Source: Rhina ancylostomus (taxonomy: Eukaryota). From it: a stretch of 64,000 nt of DNA. Below, piece by piece: positions 23,795-35,600 of the stretch (positions within the stretch are counted from its first letter, which is position 1; every line of letters starts with the position of its first letter). The position numbers and the translations under genes are program-made. Below the pieces are notes generated by a model that saw nothing but the letters and a program-made list of their open reading frames with translations, was not told the origin of the DNA and made no database searches. The DNA lies in contig JARFYF010000058.1 in NCBI GenBank assembly GCA_030265395.1, forward strand, positions 17,238,012 to 17,302,011, written 5' to 3'.

Positions 23795-25745
23795 CATAGA
23801 ACATTACAGTACAGTACAGGCCCTTCAGCCCACAATGTTGTGCCAGCATTTTATCCTGCTCTAATATCTATCTAACCCTTCCCTCCCACACAGCCCTCCA
23901 TTTCCCTATCATTCATGTGGCTATCTAAGAGTCCCTTAAATGTCCCTAATATATCTGCCCCCACAACCTCTGCTGGCAGTGTGTTCTACGCACACACTAC
24001 TTTCTGTGTAAAAAAACTTNNNNNNNNNNNNNNNNNNNNNNNNNNNNNNNNNNNNNNNNNNNNNNNNNNNNNNNNNNNNNNNNNNNNNNNNNNNNNNNNN
24101 NNNNNNNNNNNNNNNNNNNTCTATGCCTCTTATCATCTTGTACACCTCTATCAAGTCACCTCTCATCCTCCTTCTCTCCAAAGAGAAAAGCCCCAGTTCA
24201 CTCAACCTATCCTCATAAGACATGCTCTCCAATCCAGACAGCACCCTGGTAAAACTCTTCTGCACCCTCTCTAAAACTTCCACATCCTTCATATATTGAG
24301 GCGACCAGAACTGAACACAGTACTCCAAGTGTGGTCTAACCAGATATCTATAGAGCTGTAATATTACCTCATGGCTCTTGAACTCAATACCCCAATTAAT
24401 GAAGGCCAACACCCTAAATGCCTTCTTAACAACCCTATCGACCTTTGTGGCAACCTTGACGGATCTATGGATGTGGACACCAAGATCCCTCTGTTTGTTC
24501 ACACTGCTAAGAGTCCTGCCATTAACCTTGTATTCTGCCTTCAAATTTGATCTCTGAAAGTGTATCACTTCACACTTTTCTGGGTTGAACTCCATCTGCC
24601 ACTTCTCAGACCAGGTCTGCGTTCTAGCAATATCTTGTTGTAATCTACAGCAACCTTCTACACTACCCACAACACCACCAACCTTTGTATCATCAGTAAA
24701 CTTACTAACCCACTCTTCCACATCCTCATCCAAGTCATTTATAAAAACCAAAGAGCAGGGGTCCCAGAACAGATCCCTGCAGAACACCAGTGGTCACCGA
24801 CCTCCAGGCAGAATACACTCCATCTAACACCACCCTCTGTCCTCTATGAGCAAGCCAATTCTGAATCCACACAGCCAGGTTTCCCTGGATCTCATGATTC
24901 CTGACTTTCTGAATGAGCCTTCCATGAGGAACCTTATCAATTACCTTACTAAAATCCATGTACACCACATCCACAGCTCTACCTTCATCAATGTGCTTTG
25001 TCGCATCCTCAAAGAATTCAGTTAGGCTCGTGAGACACAAGCTGCCTCTCACAAAGCCATGCTGACTGTCCCTAATCAGCCTATGTAATTTGGCCACCAC
25101 TGAAGTAAGACTCACTGGTCTGTACTTCGTAGGGCTATCCATACTCCCTTGCTTAATCAAAGGAACAAAATTTACTACCTTCCAATCATCAGGCACTACT
25201 CCTGTGGCCAGTGAGGATGCAAAGATCATCACCAAAGGCACAGCAATCTCTTCCCTCACTTCCCATAATAACCTTGGATATATCCCGTCCAGCCCCGGTG
25301 ACTTATCTATCCTAATGTTTTTGAAAAGTTCCAGCACACCCTCTTTCCTCATGTTGATATGCCCTAGTGTATCAGCCTCTTGTATGCCATCCTCACAAAT
25401 GCCTTTCTCACTGGTGAATACTGAAGCAAAGTATTCACTAAGGACCTCCCCTACCTCTCCCGACTCCAGGCACGTTTCCTTTTTCATCCCTGATCGGTCC
25501 TACCCTCACTCCAGTCATCCTCCTATTCTTCACATACGTGTAGAACACTTTGGGGTTTTCCTTGATCCTACTCACCATGCCCCCTTCTAACTCTCCTAAG
25601 TCCATTCTTAATCTCCCTCCTGGCAACCTTGTAACTCTCCAGAGCCCTGTCTGATCCATGCTTTCTAAACCTCAGGTAAGCTTCTTTCTTCCTCTTGACG
25701 AGATATTCTACATCTCTTGTCAACCACAGTTCCTTCACTCCATTT
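23795..25745 (-). mobile_element. Youngest CR1 copy in the window, ~1.95 kb, 5'-truncated and frameshifted ORF2
   Basis: ORFs 24735-25487 and 23936-24787 contain KSPGLDGIYP, YRPVSLTSVV, SQHGF, YMDFSKVIDKVPH, QGSVLGP, FTDDTK and RPHLEYCVQFW. There is an apparent in-frame deletion between VVAKL and HRLIR. Confidence 0.95.
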
Positions 25746-25749
25746 ATGA

Positions 25750-26220
25750 TGGGCTTCTGTGTGGTCCCAGTGCATGGCCGCAAGGTTCTTAACCAACCTT
25801 TTCCATCTTGAGTGATCTTGGACCAGAGATTCCCTGTGTCTGCTTTAGGAATCTGGTGTTAGGCATATGAATAGCAAGGTCTGCCCAATGATACTGATTG
25901 AGTGTAATTATGGTCTCAGTTCTGGGGACATTGACCCAGGAGAGGACACTGATATTTATTCACTTATTCTTCCAGTGAATTTGGAGGATTTTGTGGAGAC
26001 AGCATTGACGCTAACTATCAAGTGACTGCAGATGCCTGCTGTAGGTAGTCCTGGCCATAGAAACATCTAGCAGGTTAGGGATTACTGCTGCTGAGGAGAT
26101 CATGAGGCTCGTGCCAGTCTGAGATCTTGATCTTCCACACCCTTTCATAGTACAGTGCAAAGGCATAAAATTAACCAAAATTGACCGAAGGCTGTGCTGG
26201 AACATTGAAGGCAATGATGA
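25750..26220 (-). mobile_element. RTE LINE C-terminal region (upstream half of the element ending at 23630)
   Basis: Reverse strand encodes CLHKILQIHW...SVLSWVNV...NQYHWAD..HMPNTRFLKQ, an RTE C-terminal signature also seen at 28520-28720. Confidence 0.7.
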
Positions 26221-26232
26221 ATGTCATCACTG

Positions 26233-26412
26233 AGCAACAAACAATCTGCTGGAGGAAGACACAAGATGCTGGAGGAATTCATTGGGTCAGGGATCATCTA
26301 TGGAGGCAAGTGGACCGTCAACATTTCTGGTTGAGCCCCTTCATCTAGTCCGTTGAGTTTCTCAAGCATTGTGTGTATTGCTCCAGATTCTATCATCTGC
26401 AGTCTCTTGTGT
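26233..26412. mobile_element. Penelope-type terminal repeats in inverted arrangement
   Basis: Minus-strand copy with hammerhead-like agatgaaggggctcaaccagaaatgttgac, followed by a plus-strand tail ttgctccagattctatcatctgcagtctcttgtgt. Confidence 0.65.
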
Positions 26413-26619
26413 GTAGATCTCCTCACTAACGTTTGCCTTTACCAAGAGGTGGTTCTTGAGATATGGGAAGTGATCCACTTTTTCTACAGCCTTGCTGTGA
26501 ACCTTTATTGTTTGATGGCAATATTGTACAATCAGTTTTTGTTATCCATGCAGGAAAGTGACTTGGATACCATCAGGGCCTTTCATATGTAGTGTCACAG
26601 ACCTTTGGCTAATGGAGTG

Positions 26620-26880
26620 TACAGAGAACATCAAAAACCTGTTTACACCAATCCTGTTTTATTTTTCCCACATTCACATCAACTTCCCCGTTTCTACCAG
26701 TCACTTACACATTAGGGGCAATTACAGTTGCTGATTACTAGTTCACTTGCCTTTTGCATGTGGGGAGAAACCAGAACAGCCGGGGGAAACCCACATCCGC
26801 ATAGGCAGCACTGGAACTCAGGAAGGACCCTGGGTAACAAGCTGTGAGCCAACAGCTCTACTAGATTCACCACTGTCTTA
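26620..26880 (-). mobile_element. HE1-like V-SINE, degenerate
   Basis: Reverse V-domain gtgggtttcccccggctgttctggtttctccccaca. Confidence 0.7.
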
Positions 26881-27708
26881 CCCCAATATACCCCATAAAT
26901 AAGCAATAAATGGACCCTTTGTTTTCAAAGCATTAACACACATTAATAAGCATAATAAGATGCTTAAATACCTAAAAGGAATTGATATTAGTGAACAAAA
27001 CAATATATTAAAAAAGTCATAAAATGTACATACCTTTAATGGAATAATGTTGAGGAAGATGAGTTAAGAAGCAATTCTGTAATACAGAACTGTACAGTAT
27101 AGTACACTAATAGTCACTGGCATGTTGTGTAGGAATACATTTGTGCAAGAATAATACATCTTTGCATATTCCCACTTTTTGAGGCATTTCAAATCCTTTT
27201 GGTGCAGCCCTTTGACTCTGAATAAAATTAAGATTGGGTTCCAGGGTCAACCTCATTGAGTTTGCAAATCTGTGGATAGCAAATCAGTGGATAATGTGGA
27301 CTGAGAGTNNNNNNNNNNNNNNNNNNNNNNNNNNNNNNNNNNNNNNNNNNNNNNNNNNNNNNNNNNNNNNNNNNNNNNNNNNNNNNNNNNNNNNNNNNNN
27401 NNNNNNNNNNNNNNNNNNNNNNNNNNNNNNNNNNNNNNNNNNNNNNNNNNNNNNNNNNNNNNNNNNNNNNNNNNNNNNNNNNNNNNNNNNNNNNNNNNNN
27501 NNNNNNNNNNNNNNGTGATATGAACAAAGAGATTTCTTTCCCATGGCTTACAGTTACCATTGATAGCAAAAACAGCATTACTAATATCTCTTTGGCATCT
27601 ATTTCAGGGTATTTGTTCTTAGAGTTCTAGGTATTTGGTGGCTGTCTAGATGATTGTAGAGTTTTTCACAAGAAGGGAAAATTATATCCATCACCCACAA
27701 CACGCACG

Positions 27709-27711
<3 letters not shown>

Positions 27712-27763
<52 letters not shown>

Positions 27764-27770
27764 ACACACA
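27712..27770 (+). repeat. (CA)n microsatellite
   Basis: About 29 dinucleotide units with one interruption. Confidence 0.98.
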
Positions 27771-28499
27771 TTGGAGAAAGTTCTTTGAGTGATTAGGAAC
27801 TAGAAATCTAGTATAGCTGGTTCACTCCTGGAAATTACCCTAAACACTTGAAGCAGTTTCTAGCTTCTGTTACTGGAGATAATATGGAGGGAAGAATGTC
27901 TAATATAGTAGCTTAAACAATAATCAGTCCTTGAATTTGGTTCAGTAATCACATATTACAATCTTAAATCTGATTCTTTAATCCATTTCACAATGATGTT
28001 ACTATAACTTCTATAGACAGAGGAACACCCAACATGGTTCAAGTTCTGGAGAGACGTACATTGTTGCTAAGTTTCAATTAACATTGTCTGATATTCTGGA
28101 AAGACTGAAGTTATCAGAGCCACCTTCAAGCAATCTTTGTGCTATGCAGATTTATTTTTACACAGTCATTCTCAAGAGATTTTTGGCAATATTCTTGAAG
28201 CTATAAATTAAACTGAGATTGCATTGCATCAGCATACACAAATCCATCTGGACAGTTTAGTTCAAATGGCTACAAATTGCTGTGCTGCCTAAAGCTTCAA
28301 TTTTAGTTCATGATGAAGCAGGAATTAGTGGAATCAAATGAGTGGGGAATTCTACAAAGAAGGGCAAGGATTGCTCTAACTGTTATGCGCAGCAATACTG
28401 TTAAATTTTTTGATAAATGATACTCACAATTTCTGCTAATGTTAATGAATTCAAAATAACTACCAAAATTGTTAACTGTGTTTCTCTTTACTCAGGCAA

Positions 28500-29110
28500 C
28501 CTAGTCTAGCTTTACCAGACATCTCAAAGCACTGATAAATATCACAAACACTATCTCTGCAAAATTGTCCAAATTCACTGGAATGACAAATAGCTCAACA
28601 TCAATGTCCTCTCCTAAACCGAGATCACCAACACTGAGGCCCTTGTTGCACTCAGTTGACTATGTTGGGCAGGCCACATTATTTGCATGCCTGACAACAA
28701 ACCCCCAAAACAGACATCTTTTCCGAGCTCTGTCATGGAAAAGGATCATTTGGTGGACAAAGGAAAAGATTCAAGGACGTTCTTAAAGCTTCCTTGAAGT
28801 GATGCAGCATTTCCACTGACCCCTGGAAACCTCTGTTCCATGACTGCTCAAAGTATAAAGGGAACATTCGGGATGGTTATGAGAGCCTTGGGTGCATTCA
28901 TCAAGAGCTCACAGAAACCCCACTGAAGTGGTGACAGGAGCATACCACCTCACAAACTACCCACCGACTTGCCCAGTCAACCACCTGTAGTCTCATCTGT
29001 GGAGGAGTCTTCAGTTCCCACATTGGTCTCATAGGCACCTCAGAACCTACAATCCTAGAGTGGAATCAAGTCATCCTCAGTCCTGAGGGACCACCTAAGT
29101 AGAATAAAAG
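28500..29110 (+). mobile_element. RTE LINE, 3' ~600 bp
   Basis: LCKIVQIHW, GQRKRFKDVLKASLK, a degenerate Cys/His-rich end and the tail gagtggaatcaagtcatcctc. Confidence 0.8.
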
Positions 29111-30089
29111 AATCATTATATGAATAATGCTATTTATTAACATTGAAGATTATGCTTAACTGCATACAATTTTCTTTCACTCTTTCTTCAAGAAACTCTT
29201 CAAGTTAAAAGTACAGTTCCCTCACCTTAGTAGATTATAATAATAAATAATTTGAATGTACAATTCATATTGGGAATTACTTCATTACTCAATTGAGGCA
29301 AATCATCCAGAATTACCAAATATTATCCATATTCATGGATTCCCAAATTTTGTAATAGATTTTGAATGCTGCTTCCATATCTGAGACACATACTTGGCAC
29401 ATCTATCACATTCATAGGCAGGAGGCAGAGAGAAATTTTTGATTTGATAAACACCTACCCCTCATTAACCTTAAAATATATTGGTGGAATTCTTAACATA
29501 ATATTCCTGCCAGCTTTAATACAAATTGGCATCCTCTCCCTTCTTCCTAGATCACCACTAAACCAAAAAGAATCCACTTCTCTGTTTGATCTAATCCAGG
29601 GGCTGAAAACCATGGAATACTTTAGTTTGACTTAAATTTTCCTTCTTACCATTCTGAGGATTTTTTTTAGACTCTCAGTATTACCCAATGATGCACTTCA
29701 GATCCAATTTTGTGATCATTCTTTCCAGTCAGGGTGATGTCCTACACTTTAGGCCTAGACCCAGAACCTCCTCAGTCACAGGACTGATAATTTGGGAAAG
29801 GTGTGGGAAGAACAAAGAGTGCCTTGTCTACAGCTGTCTGCTCACACTTTCCATCTGTTATGGTGATGGTGGTTGAGGAACGTTTGTCCTGCATAGCAGG
29901 CTGAAACTTAGTGCAAGGTTTGTGGAAGTCTTTAAGTTAACAATCATTTATTAATATTGTACTCTGGTAAAGATTTTAGCATTGCTGCATAAAATGAATG
30001 TTTTTAATAGTGTCATAAGAAGATGGAAAATCCCTTTGCTTCGGATCAAATATAAGATCCCATTTTCATATCTGATAAATTGAGATGTC

Positions 30090-30600
30090 TAAATCCTTAT
30101 CAAGAAGAAACTGACAATATCAATTAGATGTATCAGGCACACTTGCGCAAGTCATTTTACATGGTGAATCTTGAAGAAGATTGAAAAGGAAATCAGGTAC
30201 AGTAGAATCTTGTTATATAGACCAAAATCAGAATGGACATGGTATAAAGTGAAAATGGATGAGTACATCGCCCATATCATCATTACAAAGGCATCAAGAC
30301 ATGGGGAAATCTCCCATTTTCAAGTGCTTTATGAATAAGTGTGTTCAATATGAATATAGAAGGTGGAAAATCAGAGATGGAAAATTACATGAGTATGTTA
30401 ACTGTTTAGTAGAGTTAATACATGGAGTGAAGATCTTTGAATAAATGGAGGTGGCAGTGTTTCCAATTAAATAAACAAAGTATATGTTCTTGAGGGCAGG
30501 CACAGATGAATGCTATTTCTAGGCTGAAGAAGGAATTATTAATGGACAAACAAATAGAAATTCAGTAACATAGCCTCGAGCACAGAGGCAGAGACTTTGG
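30090..30600 (+). mobile_element. Possible ancient Gypsy-type RT relic
   Basis: Ordered degenerate pieces LKKIEKEI...KSEW...TSPI...LIHGVKIF across stops and frameshifts. Confidence 0.3.
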
Positions 30601-31399
30601 TGTATACTCACTGCTGGACTACAAGGTGAAGTTCATACGGTATATTATTAGAAACCACCACATATTCTTGGTATGATCAGCAGAGCACTTTAACTTCACA
30701 AGCAGATTGCTAACTGTGCACAGAATGAAGTTAAGTATCGGAAATTTCTTTCATTAATTATGTTTATCAAATTCAAGAATAATTTTATCAGTTTGTTTAA
30801 TAAAAGGGCCAATACCACAGTGAGCTTGTAAAGCAACAAGCAATGTTCTCTGGAGCTGATTAACTGCAACACATTTGGGTTTGAAGTTTCCATTACATTG
30901 CCATGCCAAACTTTCGCCAAGTTACCGCAAGGCCAATGAGGAGTTTAAATTTCATTTTATATCTGGTGGAAATTGAGCTTTCATTATTTTAAAATTATTA
31001 TACTGAAAATGGTCCTGCACACAAACTGGCCATGTCTCCAGACTCAATTAGTCACCAACATGAGCTTCCTTTAAATCTACCTCTTTCCAAGCTTTTGACC
31101 AGACTCTTAAAAATTAGGCTGTCTACTTAGGAGCAAGGACCCCTTTTAAAAGTTCATAAATGTTAAAACTATTATATTTGCTCAGAAACTGAGTGCTGAA
31201 TGACTATGAAACTAGTTTACAATGTTGTTTTCAGATATTTAAAACCAGGCAACACACAGGTACTGGAGAAAATTTAAAAAAATCTTATTCTCTAAACTTA
31301 ATTTTAACTAACTAAAAGGCAATTGTTTGAACTATCATTTAAGTGGAATATTGTGAAGTTTGCCTGACTTAAGCCATTTCATGGATGATTTTGGCCCTG

Positions 31400-31860
31400 T
31401 TTTTTTCTGAATTGTGTCCACTACCCATACTCCCCCAATTTCCCAAATTTCCCTTCCCCAGGTCCTGAGGGCAAATCCTGCTGGCCAGTGATGCACTGAG
31501 GCATCCAGATGTAATTGGATAATGTGGGTGGGCTAGAACAAGACTAGCCATGAAACACCATCTCCCCTCAGCTTTGCCGTCTGTCAAAGCTTTCAAGGTT
31601 GTTCAATGTTTCTGAATGCCTCTGGCATTTAGAAACATTTAAAAATCATTCAGAATGAAATGACTAATTAAAACATTTTAAATTAATGAAAATATTCTAC
31701 TAAAACTTTTCAAAACACACAGATAGTCAAAATCTCTGCTTAATTTACTACAAATAGCTGGTGGTTTTGAACAATGTGCTTTCATGAATTTCCCCTTGTG
31801 GTCCAGCAGTTAGTACACACCAAAATCTCTGATCGTCCTGGAGCCAATGTTTATGAATTT
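31400..31860. mobile_element. Probable AT-core element copy
   Basis: GC-moderate flank, aatgtttctgaatg motif and an AT-rich core. The cttacct motif is not clear here. Confidence 0.35.
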
Positions 31861-32379
31861 CTATTTGTTGGATTACTAGTTTATTAATTTTCTGAAATAT
31901 TTAAAACAATTGTAAGTCACTTCATTGTTGCCTTTCTTCTTTGCATTCCCCACTGAAATGAAGGGGACTAACCAAGCACAAAATCCTAGAAGAATTTCCC
32001 AATACAATTGTTATGGAATCTCAATGAGCTCTGGCTCTGCCATGGAGTAAGCCTGCGGAATGGCTGGTGGAACTCAGCCAGTAGGTGTGGGTCCTTGTCC
32101 ACATGGGTGTCCTCAAACTTGCCAATACTAATGGTGAGAAATTCCCAAGGTTCGGTGTAGAAGTGTTGGCCAAACCCAGGCAGTATGTTCACCAAATGCA
32201 AATGAGTTAGGTAAGCAAAGATAAGAGAGGAAGGTGAGGTAAGCAAAAACAAACAGTTCTGAAAATTAGTGCCTCAGTTGCAGATTGAGCTCAAAGTTGA
32301 AACTCTTGAACTTTGTAGTATTCAAATTGCCTACTTCATTACTTGAGTGGAAATTTACTAATTTAGGGCCAGTTTGATG

Positions 32380-32562
32380 AAAATCAAAAAACTGCAGATG
32401 TTGGAAATCTAAAATAAACATAGAAAATACTGCCAAATGTCCTAAAGACATTACGTCAGAGGTTCTGATGAAGAGGCGGCAATCTGAAACATTAACTCTG
32501 TTTCTCTTACCATTAATGCTGCCTGACCTGCTGAATGTTTCTGGCATATACTATTTTTATTT
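32380..32562. mobile_element. Penelope-type terminal repeats in inverted arrangement, hammerhead core nucleotides retained
   Basis: ggtt-CTGATGA-aga(ggcggcaa)tct-GAAA-catt-aact at 32461-32497. The left arm is the reverse complement of the element tail. Confidence 0.7.
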
Positions 32563-35429
32563 GTGGCTGTTTGATTCTTTGTGACAGATACACATGCCCA
32601 ACAATTCTACTGCGTGCATTACGGTGACATGCCAACAACTGATTCAGTCATGAGTTCCGGCTCCAAGCTTTAGGAGCACCAAGACCTCGGCTGTTACTGA
32701 ATGATTGTTTACTGTTTGTGTCAATATGAATACCAAATTTATTTGCATTGTTCTCATTCCTGCTCTAACGAAAATCTGTCACATGCCATCAAACTTGCCC
32801 TTTCAGAAAGCCACCTCTCTTACTGTAAAACTAAATTTAATATGACCAAAATAAAATAAATATACGATATATCAATGAAATACTATTATTATTTGTATNN
32901 NNNNNNNNNNNNNNNNNNNNNNNNNNNNNNNNNNNNNNNNNNNNNNNNNNNNNNNNNNNNNNNNNNNNNNNNNNNNNNNNNNNNNNNNNNNNNNNNNNGA
33001 TCTCTCTTATTATTTGGATGATCTAATACAAATTAGTTAAGTTGGTGTTATTGGTCATCAAATACATTATCTCTTGATATTGGCACATCTCCAATTCCCT
33101 TGGCATTTTTCCACTGGGGGAAATTGCAGGGTTCTTTAGTCTTAATTGATTGATCTTATCAAAACATTCCAACTGAAATTGCTCTGTTGCATCTCATCAC
33201 TGTATAAAATGGAAATAAGCATAAATAAATAACCTCCAAAGAACACCACATAGATCCGGAAAAACTAAGGTTTATCTTAACTCTGCACCGAGCTAAATGA
33301 TCTCTGTGAAAAAACAGTGGAACCACTGGAATCATCTTCAATAAAAATGTCCACCTAATTTCCCGTTCCTGTTTGCTATCTCTGATGAAAATATGCCCAG
33401 AATTTGGAGGTAGATAGGTTCAGACATTACTGTGACACTTTTTAGCACTCCCATCCACAACCATCTATAGGCACTTACTGCATTCACATGGCTACCTGAC
33501 TGAGAACCAAAGAGCATATGAGGCCTGTGGAACCTTGGTCTTACGTAAATACCGCCTTCAGTGGTGGAGTGAAAAGCGAAGTAGGAAGAGAATGTTGAGG
33601 CACTGAAGCATAGAAGTTTTCGATTCCTCTTAAAGCCTGCATGCCTATTAAAGCAAATTGAAAACTGCTGTCTAAATTAGCTTAATGGTTTTACCCAGGA
33701 AACACATTTAATATATTTTCAAAGCCCTCTTTGATGTTCAGCAGGGCATAGTAACCACTTGGATGATAAAAAGTGCCAAACTTTAATGTTTATTCTTTTA
33801 TGTCAACCCCCAACCCCACCCCCCCACACACATTATGGCTGAGGGCCAGTAAGCCTCCAGTGAAGCCCTGAGCGATGTGCTCCAGCAATTCTTCATTGAT
33901 TATTTTAGTCACAAGCACTGCCATTTATGCAAATCATTTGATGCAACTGATAAATTGGCTACATCACTTACTACAAATCTTTATTGGAGGAACAACACTT
34001 GTGATGCAGAAGTTGGAAGAATGATTTGTATTATGTTGTGTCTTTTGAATTTTTAACAAAATATGGCATTTATCAATGGCAATTAAAACAGTCTCAGAAA
34101 TGTCACAGGCTCTTGATAAAATGGGACTATTTTTCCACAACCAGCTAGGAGCCATCTGGTGATATCAAAATTAATCTCACATCATTATTGGTCAATGTTG
34201 ACAGCAAAGTATTGGTTTCCCTTTGATTATAGTAAAAGAATAGAAGCTTTGAGGAAAGATGTTGTCTACTTGGTTTGGGAACATTTTGTAAGGAATAGCA
34301 AAGAAATCATTTATTGGGGTAAAACTGCAGATGTCTAGATGTGAAAAGTTCAGCATAAAGTTAAACACTTTTTTATGAGGAAGTTGACAAACTGGACAAA
34401 AATCTACTGTACAGAATTTGTGAGATGTAGAAAAACAGATGAAAGATTAGAGCATATTCCAGTCCCATAGAATTCACATTATATCATGAATCTCAAGGAA
34501 TTAATAGCAAATTCCCATTGGGTTTTTGCAATGTAGTTTTGTAATGTTAGATGACCCTACTGTATAGTAATGTTTCCTTGTGAAAAGGTGTCTTTGATTC
34601 ATTACTTTCCCCAAACTTTAACAGAAAACTGACAGGTACAACTTGGCCAATAATTATTTCCTCCTGCCCACAATTTAATTGTGAAGAGTTTTTCATTCTG
34701 TGTCATTGTCTCTTTATATTGTAACATACCCAGTGTACCCCACTTTTGTGAAAAGGAGCAAAAGTCAAAATAAAAACTTTTGCAGTTAAGTAGAAAAGAA
34801 CTTTAAAAGTATGGGTAAGTAAGTAAGGGTTAAATTGGTTAAAAGGGGGTCTTGAGATGGTATTAATAAATGTACATTGCCAGAAATGATTTATCAACTA
34901 CAAGATTAGTTACAGGGATTAAAGGAATATCATGTGATTGCTTGTTACGTGTTATCTGTGGTTACTTTGAGTTTTTATTTGGTGTAACTATGACTATTTT
35001 ATTAAGCCGACCATTGACAAGTCACAAATCATTTAAGATATTGGGTAAAAAGAAAGAGCAAACTGATAAAACTATTCAGCACCCTCTCTACAAGAATAAC
35101 CAGATAGCAGCAGGCTGACTAAAGAGTAAGCATATCTGATTCCTCCTCTGGAATATATTTCCCCACCTATAAAACAGAAGTAATTTTATGAGTCCTTGTT
35201 ACCAACAGGGAGCCTTAGCTACTGGCAGCATCTCATTGAAATTCAGAGAACACCACCTGTGATCTTCGAACTTTTAATTGAATGCTCAGAACAACATGTG
35301 TACATATTGTGCATTTCAGCAGTCAGTGAACATTAGTAAAGCAAAGTCATAAATTTTACCTCTAGGTTGACCAAGATTTCCAGAGATTTAGTAATGAGAA
35401 TGAAGGGGTTCCCTTGTGATGTCTTTGGG

Positions 35430-35600
35430 TGTCTAAGACCCGACTCCAGCAATCCCTTCCCGAAGCTTCTCCACCTCTCTGCCTCTCTTTATAACCTACT
35501 TCTTAGATCAGACATTATACATCAGGATGTGGATTCTTGTCAAATTCTGTTTCATAAATGTCCTGTAATACATTTTGGAATATTTTACCTGTCAATGTAA
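35430..35600 (+). mobile_element. L2 LINE 3' end relic
   Basis: ttctccacctctctgcctctctttataacctac... followed by a degenerate L2-type tail. Confidence 0.45.

Noticed and set aside
23936-25487. Two longest ORFs (283 and 250 aa) as a host gene or active retroelement
   Set aside because: They are frameshifted pieces of a 5'-truncated CR1 ORF2 with a deletion and an N-gap.
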